This document shows positions 62,401-64,000 of a DNA stretch of 64,000 nucleotides, piece by piece (position 1 is the stretch's first letter; each line of letters begins with the position of its first letter). Under the pieces are notes generated by a model. The model was given only the letters and a program-made list of their open reading frames with translations, made no database searches and had not been told where the DNA came from. Source of the stretch: Paraphysomonas bandaiensis (taxonomy: Eukaryota; Protista; Chrysophyceae); the NCBI GenBank assembly GCA_965644295.1, contig CBFFRP010000151.1, positions 1 through 64,000 of the forward strand. Reading direction: 5' to 3'. The position numbers and the translations under genes were made by a program.

Positions 62401-64000
62401 GAGCAGGAGCAAGAGAGAGAACAGCAGCAAGAGCAGGAACAAGAACAGGAGATTGAGATTGAAAAATATGTGGATCTCGCCTACTCTAGAGACCATGAGG
62501 AACAGATACCATGGCTATTTTCTTCTCTTGCTAGTCCAGTGTTTGCTCGGGAAGATGGGGGAAAATTAATTTCTACTGGACATCCGGAGCAGTTCTATCC
62601 AGCTTCGTCCTTCAAATTGATTAAAAGAGAACCTCTGATGTTTCCCCATAATATGCTGGTCTCGAGTAACTACTTCAATCTGCGATGGTCGGGAGCTCGC
62701 CGTATCAAGAATATTATCATGACTTTAGAATGGGTGCCGAAAGTAGAAAGTCTTCATCCTCGCGTGGTCTCTTTAGAGCCCCTTTCAGATTCGCAAGAAA
62801 TTGCACTTATGACTGCACTCTCGTTGTTTGATACAGAAGGGAAAGGATCGCTCACTTTGTCGGAACTTACTCAGGTGTGGATATTTTTCTTACCTATACT
62901 GTGATTGTTAATATTGCGTTATTGTTTCCTATTCATAGGTACTGAAGGCATCAGGGCATTATTCGGGCATGTCAAGTGGCTACCTTGAAGCCTTGTTGAA
63001 AGAATATGGGTATACCTATGACGAGTCCGGTGCCTCTTCTCTACATATATCTCTGGAGGTTATGCGTGATTTGCTCACGAAAGGTCGTCTCTCCCGTGTG
63101 CAAGAGGGACGTAGGGTGGTTGCCGTATCTCTAGCCGAGGCCGAGACAATCCGTCGCATTTTGCACTTAAAGAACGGGCATAATTTTAGTTCTATTTCTG
63201 CAGGTCTCTCATCTAGTGGCTGTAATAGCTGGAATATCGATGGGTCAAATGTTGCTGTTGCCCTGCGTTGTATATCTGCTGGTAACATTGTTACCGACAA
63301 ATCGACCAATTTCATAAGTGCCGAGGAGACCGGTGATTTCGATGGCGAAACTTATCCATATACTACACTATCAGCTTATGAATCCTTTAGGTTCCTCAAC
63401 TGCGATATGTTTTTCTCAGAGAAGTCTCTCAATATTCTTTTGCGTGCCTTACATTCGACCAGTAAACGGCAGCGTAAGCACTTTTTCAAGAACATTCTCA
63501 TGTGTCGTAGGCGAATGACGAAGAAGTGGAACACCTCCCCCATTGCTAAAGTATTCACTCTCTCAGATCAGTTTGGTATGCTCAAGCAGCGAGCACTATC
63601 AGCAAGCCTCGCAAGCGCCATAAAGCGCAGCGGTCTTTTGTTGTATGATGCTTTTTGCAAGTTCGATTATTCCCACAATGGGTTTTTGACTCCTGGAGAG
63701 GTGTGGGGCGGATTTGACTACCTGGGTATTGATATGACAGCTGCTGACGTGTTGGATTTCGTCAATGCGGCTGACAGTGATAGGGACGGTTTGCTTAGCT
63801 TCCGGGAGTTTGTAGATGTCCTTCAGGACCCTGATAAGGTTCAAGATATCGATGGTACTTTTTCTGTTGGTGGAGTAGTGAGTCCTTCAGGGATAGGTAG
63901 TAATTTGAAGTCGGAGGACAATGAAATGATGGATGATATTGCCATGGGCTCTCCGGCTATGCAACGACAAGTGTCATTGACCCCAGTGGTTCCAAAAGGG
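50413..64000 (+). CDS. Giant multi-exon DUF3638/DUF3645 protein (SF2/SecA-like P-loop) with EF-hands; more than 4000 aa, 3' end outside window
   Basis: Consecutive + strand exons; QMIMGAGKTT, DEVDLIL, LAIPFVGKDVPSKSSEFAHPDV, ALIDTGALITG, FYDQVHTTGMDI, QGAYRMRG, QEQE tract; EF-hands FDTEGKGSLTLSEL, FDYSHNGFLTPGEV, ADSDRDGLLSFREF. Confidence 0.9.

Noticed and set aside
52246-63844. Many short antisense or alternative-frame ORFs over the giant gene and other CDSs
   Set aside because: Shadows of real coding sequence.

Overview
Intron-containing eukaryotic genomic DNA (short GT-AG introns of about 45-100 bp) from a flagellated protist. A meckelin/TMEM67 gene is present; the gene and transposon families suggest a stramenopile such as a chrysophyte (inference). 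Host genes: the first exon of a GAF-sensor gene whose first intron holds a >4.2 kb 27-bp minisatellite, an atypical SDR, a hypothetical protein, a probably myristoylated FHA-RINGv-FHA E3 ligase, a secreted Cys-rich Hint(Hog)-domain protein, an FG-GAP/multi-TM receptor, a stand-alone PPDK N-terminal-domain protein, meckelin, a sulfotransferase-like protein, ABCF3, a two-domain hephaestin-like membrane protein lacking most Cu ligands, and a giant DUF3638/DUF3645/EF-hand protein that runs off the window end. Also present: two decayed ankyrin-repeat genes, a truncated Copia element plus a solo LTR, a 4.6 kb GAG..CTC/CTAG Sola-like DNA transposon with nested remnants, and several MITE families. The most striking unexplained structure is a stereotyped gene-start architecture. 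A 151-bp inverted-repeat-bounded module occurs 7 times with invariant internal motifs, and 5 copies point at a start codon within about 300 bp. CATA/CACA tracts lie on the sense strand before start codons, and the first 400-600 bp of coding sequence is abruptly AT/ApT-rich.
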